64,000 nt of DNA from Eledone cirrhosa (lineage: Eukaryota): assembly GCA_964016885.1 (NCBI GenBank), contig OZ024747.1, positions 16,368,001 to 16,432,000 on the forward strand, in the 5' to 3' direction. Positions 29,534 through 41,769 of the stretch are shown here, piece by piece. The notes under the pieces are model-generated. The model did not search any database. It was given only the letters and a program-made list of their open reading frames with translations, and was not told the DNA's origin. The translations under genes and the position numbers were made by a program. How positions within the stretch are numbered: position 1 is the first letter of the stretch; every line of letters starts with the position of its first letter.

Positions 29534-29847
29534 CATAGATATATACATGCATCATGAACATACACATAGATGTCATCTGACATAGGCAATTTGTTACAAA
29601 CATACAGAGTGAAACATGTGTATGAGCAATTACAGGAAATAAATATTCAAGCGCGCGAAGTCATACGTACAGTAGCATGCAATACCGAAGAGCAAACGTT
29701 ACACGAAATGTCTTTTCAACTAATAGCTGCATCAGGTGCTATCTGAGCTGAAAATAAGATGCATACCCTACATTACCTCAGAGAATTCAGTTTATAACCC
29801 CTTCGTTTCCTCTACCCTGTATTGTATCTCCACATAGTTACATACAA

Positions 29848-29911
<64 letters not shown>

Positions 29912-29912
29912 C

Positions 29913-29983
<71 letters not shown>

Positions 29984-29987
29984 CCAC

Positions 29988-30048
<61 letters not shown>

Positions 30049-30159
30049 CATATATATATATACGTATATATATATGTATATATATATCTACAGATATATA
30101 TATACAGATGTAGATTTATATATAGATATTATATATATACATATGTATGGATATTAGTA

Positions 30160-30229
<70 letters not shown>

Positions 30230-30230
30230 A

Positions 30231-30269
<39 letters not shown>

Positions 30270-30972
30270 GGGTAGCTACGCGTCAATACTTAATATCTTT
30301 CTTTGTAAACAGGTGCGGACGGATATTTCCTGTGAAGTTAACAAACAGCTGGAGGCACATACCTTATACTCTTTGTCCTTTTGCTGCATCGTTCTTCGTT
30401 TATGACATGGCTGTTGATAGAAATACAAAAAACAAATCGTGAATAAATGAGTAGAAAGCAACGAAGCAAATCAAACTATTACACGAAATACCTACATACA
30501 CATTATACAGACTTCCAAAACTGCAGATAGTGAAATAATGTGTAGCTGCTTGTTTATGTATATTATTATATTATGCCAATATTTAGCGAACCATGTTTAT
30601 TGTGCACTCTTACAGCTATGTCGCGTATCAAGTTGCATTCCCGTTGTATTCTGAAAGGTAATTATATAAACGCACTAGGTAAAACTACAATTACATTTTT
30701 TTTTTATTCAGTCTTTAATGTTTTAATGCTTTATCTTCGTGATATCTAAGAGGTTATACCATGCATTTTGTGAGATATCCCGGTTAGTGGCATGATATTG
30801 TCTATTAACTTATTTCTCCTCTGACAGAAAATGTTTTATTATTTAAATTGCCATTGATTTGGGATAGATGAATTACACTATGTACCTACTACATGCAAGT
30901 ACCTATATACAAACACAATTCCCATGTTACAGCTAGAACAATAAAGCAATACCAAACCTATGATATATATAT

Positions 30973-31150
30973 ATTAAGAATATTAATAAATGGAAAATAT
31001 CTTTACAATACTATATTTATTTTATTATATGTATTTCAAGGATACAACATTTTTGTATGCTCTCATCAAAATATAATATTTGGTGTTAAGATATCGACAT
31101 ACCTTAGCGTAAACGTAATATGATAAGCCCTCTATCGGCTGTGAGGTAAA
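30973..31150 (-). mobile_element. Old copy of the family B PLE 3' end with degenerate HHR (TTGATGA, 31018-31077)
   Basis: Homologous to 777-950. Minus strand: TTGATGA-gagcataca..tgtatcctt-GAAA-tacata-TA-ataaaata. Confidence 0.55.
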
Positions 31151-31382
31151 CATTCAAAATTGCAAGGGATATATGTTAACAAGGATATATTAAAACAGAA
31201 AAGGACCGTTATTATTGACGCTATGAAAGGTAGGGTGTTTATATTGCTCGTGTGGTGGTCGTTAGAGGGTGAAATATCAGTGTCGAATAAATGCATATAT
31301 ATATATATATGTGTAAATGAAGTAATTCCATCGGAAAAGTCCAGGAAAAAAGAGTGCTCTATGTAAGCAACAGAGCTTAATT

Positions 31383-31636
31383 ATTATTATTATGTAATAA
31401 ACAACATAAGGCAATTATTCCATTTACCAGTGGTTTCTTAAAAGCAAAAGGTTTTGCTTTCAATCCTCAGAATGAAAAATCCTGGTTTGTTTATTGAATA
31501 TGGATTCCATAGAATCCATATTCAATAAACAAACCAGGATTTTTCATTCTGAGGATTGAAAGCAAAACCTTTTGCTTTTAAGAAACCACTGGTAAATGGA
31601 ATAATTGCCTTATGTTGTTTATTACATAATAATAAT
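31383..31636. repeat. Fold-back palindrome, 125-bp arms, 4-nt loop, with two divergent HHRs (family I)
   Basis: Centre is ggattc-CATA-gaatcc (31508-11). The mirror HHR lies at 31418-31477 (-). Confidence 0.92.
31542..31601 (+). ncRNA. Intact type I hammerhead ribozyme (family I)
   Basis: tttcatt-CTGAGGA (31549-55)-ttgaaagcaaa acct tttgcttttaa-GAAA (31582-85)-CCACTGG-TA-aatggaa. Stem I is 7 bp, stem II is 11 bp and the triplet is GUA. Confidence 0.82.
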
Positions 31637-31650
31637 ATATATATATATAT

Positions 31651-31820
31651 ATAGGAACGAGTAGGACCCCGACGGCTGAGTCCAGAATTAGCCGTCGAAA
31701 CGGCTTGAGCTCATGCGTCGGGGTCCTAGTCGTTCCTATTACCTACTCTACTACGCTAAGTATTGAGTACTTTGGTGCGTTATGGTCCACCTGGTTCCTT
31801 ACCACATTTCCTTCGTTATA
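31651..31820. mobile_element. Fold-back element, family G
   Basis: ataggaacgagtaggaccccgac...gtcggggtcctagtcgttcctat hairpin with the shared 3' extension and (TA)n flanks. Confidence 0.75.
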
Positions 31821-32695
31821 TATATATATATATATATATACACTTGTGTATATAGACATACACACGCATCCAGTGGTATACAAGTTTGGTGGGTCCGTGT
31901 ACTCGTAGTGTCTGTACTAAGGGAATCACCTAAGCTCCAAAGCCCCGAAGCTATTGCTGTGAAGATATATATCACACCCTACCTTTGTCTAGTCTAAACA
32001 ATAACTTTTCCAAACACCCACTTTACTTTCCTTTAAAAATAACACCCACCTCGTTTTATGTCTGCCATATACTTGGATTTGGGGGCCTCTTTTGTATATT
32101 TATACACACCTGTGTGTACATACATATATATACACCTCTGTATGGATTTGTATATGTAGATGTGTGTGTATGTGGGGGTGGGTGTGAGTGTATGTACAAT
32201 TCCACCAACATAAGTCTTTTTATATGTAAACTTTCTAAGTATTTGACTCTAACCATAATTTTCTGTATTACCATCACACATAAATTCCTCAATTTAAGAA
32301 TTACCTGTAGTATCAAATTTCATACTATAAACCTCAATTCAATATACATCTGACCAGGAATGCTTTTTGTGAAAATCAGTCATATGGATCTATTGCCATC
32401 TTGCCTGACGGTTTGAACTTTACAACACCACAGACCTCTTTGAAGTCAAATACCAATCCTACTTATCTACAACCTGACCAATGAGAATTAAGATTATTCC
32501 TGCTGACAACATTAAATTATCCCTAAAAAGCTCATATGTCCCTAGGCTCTGACACCATCAATACCAAAAAACACAGAGCTGGCATATCTAAGAACTGACT
32601 AAGTGCCATACAATGGCTATCATCGAAATATATATATAGCAGTAAATACATGATTATGAGTTCATGCAATTGACTTATGTTTCGTCACTATATAT

Positions 32696-32782
<87 letters not shown>

Positions 32783-32785
32783 CTA

Positions 32786-32960
32786 GTAATAATAATGAAT
32801 TTGAAGACTAAAATCCAAAGAGGGCTCGATAAGGATAAATATATATCAGATATATAAGAACCGTAGAGCAAATATTTCACAAAACGTTACAACCGGAGGA
32901 AGATGGAAGATCCCGTTAAGGGTGAAAGCAGCGATTATTTGCTTAAACATTAATCTGTTA

Positions 32961-32968
<8 letters not shown>
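32786..32968. mobile_element. Rearranged family E element with degenerate HHR core (TGGAAGA)
   Basis: Reverse-complement 3' extension, then tcccgttaagggtgaaagcagcgattatttgcttaaac. (TA)n lies on both sides. Confidence 0.6.
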
Positions 32969-33027
<59 letters not shown>

Positions 33028-33152
33028 CGAAGGAAATGTGGTAAGAAACCAGCTGGACCATAACGGACCAAAGTACTCAATACTTAGGGTAGTAGAGTGG
33101 GTAATAGGAACGAGTAGGACCCCATATATAGATATATGTGTGTGTGTGTGTG

Positions 33153-33190
<38 letters not shown>

Positions 33191-33380
33191 TATATATATA
33201 GACATATACATGAGTGTAGAAAAAAATCACGTAACTATACATATATATTTTAACACACACACACACAGACACATATATATGTGTGTGCGTGTGTGTGTGT
33301 GCGTGTATGTGTGTGTGTGGTATGCGAGATAGTGAATGCGTATGTGTATGTAATTTTTCCTTATTATTTTTGTTTTTGTA

Positions 33381-33587
33381 GGGCAGTAGATTGGCAGTAG
33401 ATTGGCAGTAGATTGGCAGTAGAGTCTCGGACGCCATTCTTTCTAGCATAGAGTTATGTCCCTTTACGGACCCTGTTCAAATCCCGCCGAAGTTAACTTT
33501 GCCTTTCATCCTTACGAGGTTGATAAAATAAAGTACCAGTAATGCACTGGGAAAATTGCTGGCATTGTGCCAAAAGGAGAAATCATT
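33381..33587 (+). mobile_element. SINE with tandemly amplified 11-bp head (ggcagtagatt x3)
   Basis: Same family as 21211-21400. A more decayed copy lies at ~33782-33895. Confidence 0.8.
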
Positions 33588-35741
33588 AGTTTTGTATTTG
33601 CTAGTGTGCGCACATGTGTTTAAATATGACTAGCTTAGTATGTAACGAAATTTCACGCAGTTTGTTTATGTATTTATATTACCAAACGTGTTTCATAGTT
33701 TCCTGTGTGCTGCAACACGTAACTTATTGTAGTCCGTTAAATATTTCTTCTAGCATGAAATAGTAATGCTTATGTACCTTATGCCGGTGGATTGGCAGAA
33801 TCATTAGAGTATCGGGCAAAATATAGGACGGCCCTTACCTAGAGATTTGAAATACCGCCGAAGTGGACTTTGCATTTCATCTTTCACTCGTCAATACAGT
33901 TATACACGAGCCGAGAAGGAAGTTGAATTCGACAGATATGCATCGAGGAAAATTAACATTTCCAACGTGATAACCTACTACAGACTACTGAAGTGACCTG
34001 TGTCTAGGGCAATACATCAGCCAGATAGATGTTGACCAGGTGGAGGAGTAGCAAAGGAATCAGACCAACTGAAACTAAGAAATAAGCGTTGAAAGACTAT
34101 ACAATTGGGGGCGGCTGAGACCGTTATTAGGTAGTTTAAAGAGAAGCTAAACGACAGTTGAACATAGCACAAAAAGACACTGAAAGAAGTTGTTCCGATT
34201 CTAATATTTCCAAATATACTTGGCACCTGAGTCTTTGTGGCGGCATTAATAACAAATGTGTTCAACAATACGACATAAATACGATGTGATTCTAAACTTG
34301 TTTCATTAAAACAACGACTGCAACATATATCACATTAATTTCAATAACGAATATATAATAGGCTATGCATCGTTTTGCAAGAGTATTTGTTTTTGGTACT
34401 ATTATCTCTGTAGCTCTTTACAGCATGTTCACACATAAACGTTATTATAAATTATTCCTGATGGAATATATTTTCAAACACATCAATATATATATAATGG
34501 TCTTTATGCATACACACACACATACACTCACACACACACACAACCCCCCACACACATATATATATATATATATGTGTGTGGGGGGGGTATACACACATAT
34601 ATGTGTGTGTGTGTTTGTGTGTGTGTAAGAGAGAAAGAAACAGAGACGGAAAGAAGTGGAACATATGTATAACTACAAATATGTATATATGTTTCATGTG
34701 TGGGGGTGAGATAGAGACAGAAAAAGAGAAATTGATAAATAGATAGGGCAAGAGGCAGATGGGGAAAGAGTATGAAGTTATGTATTAGTACTTGCATATA
34801 TAGCTTTGCAAACATGAATGTATGTGTGAATGTGTAGATATGCAAATACAAAACTTATAATAATACAGCATGAAATACGTAAATGGATATATGGCTATGT
34901 TCCTGTACTAATAACACCGTAAGCATCATAAGTGTTTTGCTGTTTGTTCTGATAACAGACTTATGTTATCTGTGGACGGGTGTAGAAATGCACACAACAC
35001 GTTTCCAAAGCATTTTCATTATCTGCGCATGTATATTATACAAAGGAAGTGAAGACCAAACATTTCAAGATTCTTATACAATTACTTTGTTTGATAGTGG
35101 AAATACAATATACAAATACACATACAAGCACAATATATATGAGAGAAAACATAGAAACATCTGGAGGAGGAGAATTTTGAGGATAAAGTAACTTTCTGTT
35201 AAATAAATGTTCAGGAAGAGGAGTTAGATATATATGAAATAGAGAATAATTAGAAGATCCTAGATAATAACATACTACTGACTATTTTGGAAATCAGTGG
35301 CTGCAACAGAGTATCAGCTAGAATATGGCTGATCTGGGGGTCGAACAGCACAGTGAATAGACCTATTAAAATCAAGAGGCTGACATAGAAAGACTGGATA
35401 ATTGGTAGCTGAGACCAGTAACTGATAGCTTAAAGTGAGGCTAAAGGACAGCTATATATAGCATGAAAAGATGCTGACAGAAGGGTGTTTGCCAATATCC
35501 TGCGATGGGAAGATTAGAGATGTGAGATGTTCCCAATTATACGGAAGTGTTTCAATGTGAATCACGATATTGTTGGGGAAAATTGTGTGAGATTTACTAT
35601 TGCTAACAAAAATTGTTCGTGCTAGATCAAATTATTGCATTTTAGTCGGACGTTTTCAATGCTAAATGAAAGTAAAATTTGATGATATATTTACATTTTT
35701 TTTTATTTTATTCGGATACCAATAATGCTAAATTCATATTA

Positions 35742-35928
35742 AATAATTGTTTCTACTTTTGGCACAAGGCCAGCAAAAACCCAGTGCATTACTGGTACTT
35801 TATTTCATCGACCTCGTAAGGATGAAAGGCAAAGTCAACCTCGGCGGCATTTGATCTCAGATCGTAAAGGGACGTAACTATGCTGGAAAGCATGGAGTCC
35901 GACCCTCTACCGATACTGCCAATCCAGC
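35742..35928 (-). mobile_element. Full-length SINE
   Basis: Reverse complement of the 21211-21400 family. Confidence 0.87.
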
Positions 35929-36498
35929 GGGGGTACATGAGGGTTGAATCAAAGTAATATCGTATTAGGAACCCGCAGCCTGACTACTTTAGCTTCAGGA
36001 TAATGTAATAGTATTGAGAACGTCACCCAACAATCATAACTTTAATACTTTAGTATGATTCACATGTATTTCCTGTATTTCAAATTCATTTAATGACTTA
36101 TTACCTAGACAAACGCTTCAAAACTGTGGCTCTGAAAAAAAGGTTTACAATTTAACTCAGTTTTATTGAATATGAATGAGACAGTATGTGTATACCCATA
36201 TGAATAATCATAGAAAAAATTCCTAATTAGATGTGACATATTCTAAACTTGTGTTATTGAATAGTTTTTCTCCTTATAGCCGGCAATTGTTAAGAAGCCA
36301 AATCAGTGACAGATTCATATCTAGTATTGCAGTCATATGTGAAAAGTAACGCAGAGAGAAGTATTTAAATGTTACTTTTATAATAAATATTTCAGCGGAG
36401 ATCTCAAAAACGACAGATGTAACATACTACTGTACTGTACACATGTAAAAGCTAACCCTCCATATATAAAAAATAATATATTAATACCCTAGTAAATA

Positions 36499-36690
36499 AA
36501 TGTTTCTTCTTTTGGAACAAGGCCAGCAATTATCCCAGGCGCGCGGGGGGGGGGGGGGTATTTTATAGACCTCGTTAGGATGAAAGCAAAGTTAACCTCG
36601 ATGGGATTTGAACTCAGACCGCAATGGGCCGTAACTCTTTGCTGCAAAGCATGGCGTCCGATCCGCTACTGATACTGCCAATCCACCGCC
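36499..36690 (-). mobile_element. SINE
   Basis: Same family, with a poly-G replacement in the core. Confidence 0.8.
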
Positions 36691-37034
36691 AAAGTAAATA
36701 ATCCATGTTGACAAGTAATAGAATATGATATATATTCATGGCTCAACGACATCAGCGAGTTGTATATATGAAATGGTGTTGTATTTACTGCTTTTGTTTA
36801 GTTCAGTTCAACTATGATCGTGTATAAATAAGGGCATTGAGATGATGAGGATGTATCAGTGGTCCTCCCTTTTTTAGTTTATGATGATGTGAATTTCTAG
36901 CCTGTCCGTTTATTATGCACGAGTTCTCTGACTGGTTAAGATGTTCCAATCTATTAAATTCTCGTACACATCGGTGACGTTGGGGATATTCAATAAAAGT
37001 AAATTTCCCTTGAGTTTTCTCCCGTGGTTAAGTT

Positions 37035-37322
37035 AATAATTATTTCTACATTTGGCACAAGCTCAGCAATTACCCAGTGCATTACTGGTACTTTATTTTA
37101 TCGACACGGTAAGGATGAAAGGCAAAGTTAACCTCGACGGGATTTGAACTCAGACCGTAAAGGGACGTAACTATGCTGGAAAACATGGCGTCCGACCCTC
37201 TACCGATACTGCCAATCCACCAACCTTGGTTGAGTTAATAATTGTTTCTACTTTTGGCACAGGGCCAGCAAATACCCAATGCATTACTGGTACTTTATTC
37301 TATCGACCCCGGAAGGATGAAA
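37035..37322 (-). mobile_element. Full-length SINE (37035-37221) plus an adjacent 3' fragment (37236-37322)
   Basis: Same family. Confidence 0.85.
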
Positions 37323-37652
37323 TTCATAAATTACCTAACGTTGTATTTTCCGTCTTGCATTCTTAATGAATATTTAACAAACGCTGCATAAAATAAGATA
37401 CAACTTAGCAATAATCGTTTTTGTCTAATAAATTAGACAAACACACCTTCTTTCAATTCATAATTTATGAGTATAATCATTATCATTATATGGAGGAATA
37501 TCTATATTGGCCATCTATTGGTGACTATGAGCAAAATACATCTTTATTTTCTTGACAGACTGGAATTATCGGTAATCTAAAATATAGACCAGAAAGAGAT
37601 ATTGGCGCACATCTCCAGGCTTTTAGATTGTCAGTTTTTTATACATGCACAT

Positions 37653-37700
<48 letters not shown>

Positions 37701-37831
37701 GATAAATCTACCAAGAGTTTACGGTAGTGTCCAATCCGTATGAAGAACTCAATGTATTCCGGATATCATGGAGAGAAGAGATGTAATGAAAATCCACTTT
37801 CGGTGAAAGATAAACGGTATACAGAGTCAAG

Positions 37832-38252
37832 ATAAAGTATTAAACAAATAATGAATAAACAATTCCTTATATTAAACAAAAAAAGTTCATTATTTAACGA
37901 TCGTTTCTAGGGTATATATGTGTTATAATTGGTATGCATATTCAACAGATCTATGTACAAAATTATACAAAATTATACAAATTATCAAGATTAAATATAC
38001 ATACCTAACACATATATACGCCGTCTTCAGAAATAATGAAGTATATTTCATTATTTCTGAAGACGGCGTATATATGTGTTAGGTATGTATATTTAATCTT
38101 GATAATTTGTATAATTTTGTATAATTTTGTACATAGATCTGTTGAATATGCATACCAATTATAACACATATATACCCTAGAAACGATCGTTAAATAATGA
38201 ACTTTTTTTGTTTAATATAAGGAATTGTTTATTCATTATTTGTTTAATACTT

Positions 38253-38255
<3 letters not shown>
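37832..38255. repeat. Fold-back palindrome, ~210-bp arms, with two divergent HHRs (family J)
   Basis: Centre is aataatgaa-GTATAT-ttcattatt (38041-46). The mirror HHR lies at 37886-38040 (-), and (TA)n follows the right end. Confidence 0.92.
38047..38201 (+). ncRNA. Type I hammerhead with a very long stem II (family J)
   Basis: ttcattattt-CTGAAGA (38057-63)-[116-nt stem II domain]-GAAA (38180-83)-CGATCG-TT-aaataatgaa. Stem I is a perfect 10 bp and stem III is the palindrome ACGATCGT. Confidence 0.75.
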
Positions 38256-38284
<29 letters not shown>

Positions 38285-41200
38285 ATATAATGTGTACAGA
38301 AGGGCAGGGAATTTATTAGAAACAATAGAGTGAGACAAGAGTTCAAGAGTTCCTGCATGCAAATTATTCGAGACCAGCTAAGCCGAAGTGGAACAGACAT
38401 CTTAGTATTTTGGGTGACATTCTGAGCGACTTCAGGCCAAGGAATTTGTTTCACTTTCTTTGGATGTATGTGATTTGTAATAGCACCAGAATCCTAGTTT
38501 TAGATGCAGCTATTCACTTGAGCCCCGTGTATTTATTACAGAAGAATAAGATTCAGGTTCTCAAACGAAATCGTATTTGTACATTATTTTCCATATGTAG
38601 TGTATACGTCCTTACGAAATGTCACCAGTAATGTTGAAATATATAGTACATAAAGCAAGATGATTCTATATACAGGCTGTTTCCGGTTCATGAGGCTCAA
38701 CAATGTTTTATTGATACATTCATTGAACATTTATATTTCTTCTAAATGAGTTTAAATTGAATGATCCTATAAGAGTTTTACTTTAGACCAAACATATTTA
38801 CTACTAGATGGGATGGGTCATTGCTTTTCAAGGGTTTTAAGGATTATCGATTAGAGAGTAGCAATAGCATTCACCTTATCAGCTTCAACTTTACAATTCA
38901 GAGATCTAATTGTATAGAAAATATATTGATTATTTTTTGTCACAAATGTGAATTAAATTTGTCTAGAATTGTGAACACTAATAAATTCCAATAAAAACTG
39001 TAAAACTGTAAATAAAAGAAATAATATATTACCCATAAAAGGAACAGTTCTATTGAATATATTGATTTCTACCCCCATATATTGTATATATCACGACAAA
39101 AGACTGTATCTATAAGGTGTTGTTTTGTTAACCTTTTTGCAGAGTTTTTCTCATTCGACAAATATTGCAGAGAGGTTTTACATCTCACCAATTATCTAGA
39201 AATTCCCTTTTGATAGAAGATATATTGACTACTTGCTATTTGTTTGGATATTGTCTTTGAAATAAATAACTTTCTTTGATGTCTAACCGCACGAACGTTT
39301 AAAAATCACTTTTAGTTTGAATCCTAAAAACGTGTATTCTTTGCTTTTGCTACTTTATTATTTATTGTAGAAGAAAAACATTTGAGGTATAAAAAAAAAT
39401 TGTTTATTTTGTAATATGAATTCATGTTTAAAATATGTTTTCTTTTTATATATCATTTGTAAAATCTTGTTAAACATAATTGATGTTCGGGTTTCAAAAT
39501 ATCTCTTTATGTGTTAAGAGCAATTTATTAAACAGGAAAAAAAAAAAAAAAAACACACAACAAAAACAACTGAGGATTTGTTACAGTAAAAGCCTTTTCA
39601 ATATCGAAAACATTAATGAAGTGTTGTGAAGCTGGAAACAAAACGAAAAATGTATTTCTGTTTATAAATTCCATCGCAAAACAACCACCACCACCACCAC
39701 CACCACATAAAAGATCTATGCATACATATTTAAAGAAACCTATTATTGAACATAGGAATTTTAATCTATTATTCCTCCCCGACTGTATGTGTTCATGCAT
39801 TAATGACTTGAAAACAATACTTTTTAACCTTTTTCGCTAATTGTTTATGAAAGAAATATTTTAGATTTAATAGATCTCAAAATCTATTTAATATGCAAAC
39901 AGTTGAACTATACATTTTTCCGTCTTTTAAACAGGACTGGCAGGATAAATGTACACACGGCAACTCACTGTCGTGATCTATAATGCTGTGTATTATAGCA
40001 AAACTGCCAGGAATACTAAGTGTAGGATAACATATGTTGTTGTCAGAACTTGTACAATTGTAAATACAATGTTTGATTTGCTAGTAATATCAATTATATC
40101 GCACTCAACGAATATCTCTCCATGTTAAATAATAGAAACACATATTAGGTAATGTAATCTTCATATATGGTCTAAAAATATGTTCAGAGTTTTATTATTG
40201 AATTGCTTTCAACTCACGACGGTAAGAGAGAATCAGGGAATTTTAACGTGAGATCGATAACAAGAACTAACATGATATTGATAGAAGGCAATACCTATTT
40301 TGGATGCATCGAGCAGTAGCTAACAATCGATCCTGTGAAAATGAAAAGCAAAATAAACCTCGAAAAATAATGTAGATATAAAGAGCTAGAAAGGTAAATG
40401 GTAACCAATCTGACGTTGTCATAAATACATGTTGTACCATGTCTACCTCTCTCGATGTGAAGCATTGTATACATTTTGGAAGCCCAATTCTTTGAAAAAG
40501 AGACAAATTATAACAAATATAATTGTTGATGAGATTACCAGGAGAGGAGAAGAGAATTGGATAAGTATTTTGTTCTCTTTTATTTGAGATTTGATTTTAA
40601 AAGCTTCAGAGAATCGAATCATTCTCTTTGTTAAAATATTGAAATCTCTTGATGGTTTACACAGATCATGCTGCGCTGTTAGACGAGATCCATCTAAATC
40701 TATGTAGGTACTGTCAACAAGTACAGTTCCTGATTGTAGTCAGTACATATTTGCCTCTAATAAAAGTAATGGAAAAGAGTCGACTCCAAATTATTCCTCC
40801 TTTAACATTTAAAGAAAATCAATATTTTGAGAAGTTTTCCAATAACTCAACTTAGTTTCAGTATATTCCTTAATTAGGAAAGACAAAATCAAGAACACGA
40901 CATGAAAAGTATAAGTTAACCATTGAAATTAGAACATTCAATAAAATACAACTGAACACTAATCTTATTTATATACAACAACAAACAAAGCTGAAATATA
41001 CAAACGAAATGTAAAGGCCATAGCTAACAAATAGCAAAAACAAAATGTTTATAGCTTAATACTTACATACATGTGGATGATGATGACAAAGCCAACATTA
41101 TACGAGATATAGACTATGCTTAGGACGCTAAGAATTATTATTTCTACTCGGTCTGCATTTTCTTTATCATGGTTCAATAATGTAACTAACCCGTGCCACG

Positions 41201-41531
41201 CACATACCGTTGACAGCATAACCATTGAGATCAGTAGGTACTTGTCCTGTGAAGATAATAATATAAAAAATATAAATAGTTAAAGAATACATATTTGTGA
41301 CTGTAACAACGAATTCAAAAACAGAAGAAACATTTAGTATGACATATGCACTTTTCGGGTCAGACAAGATTAGTTCCAAGTTAGTGACCAATGCATGTTG
41401 ATATTAGTGCCACAGCTTCACAAAATGAAATCAGATATCATACCTATTTTCTATTTAAGAAATTAACGGTCATGTTGGAAAACTTACATAATACAGACAG
41501 ACACACACATACACTACACACACACACACAC

Positions 41532-41654
<123 letters not shown>

Positions 41655-41726
41655 CGAGAACTCACTGTTGTGATCTATAATGTTGTGTATTATAGCAAGA
41701 ATGCCACGAATACATATACATATATA

Positions 41727-41769
<43 letters not shown>

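Noticed and set aside
29700-29740. Minus-strand CTGATGC-agct att agtt-GAAA
   Set aside because: A9 is altered and there is no convincing stem III or stem I.
32190-32640. Possible decayed LINE coding sequence (similar A/C-rich tracts at 15900-16420, 25990-26260 and 35230-35600)
   Set aside because: No continuous recognisable motif by eye; needs a BLASTx or HMM search.
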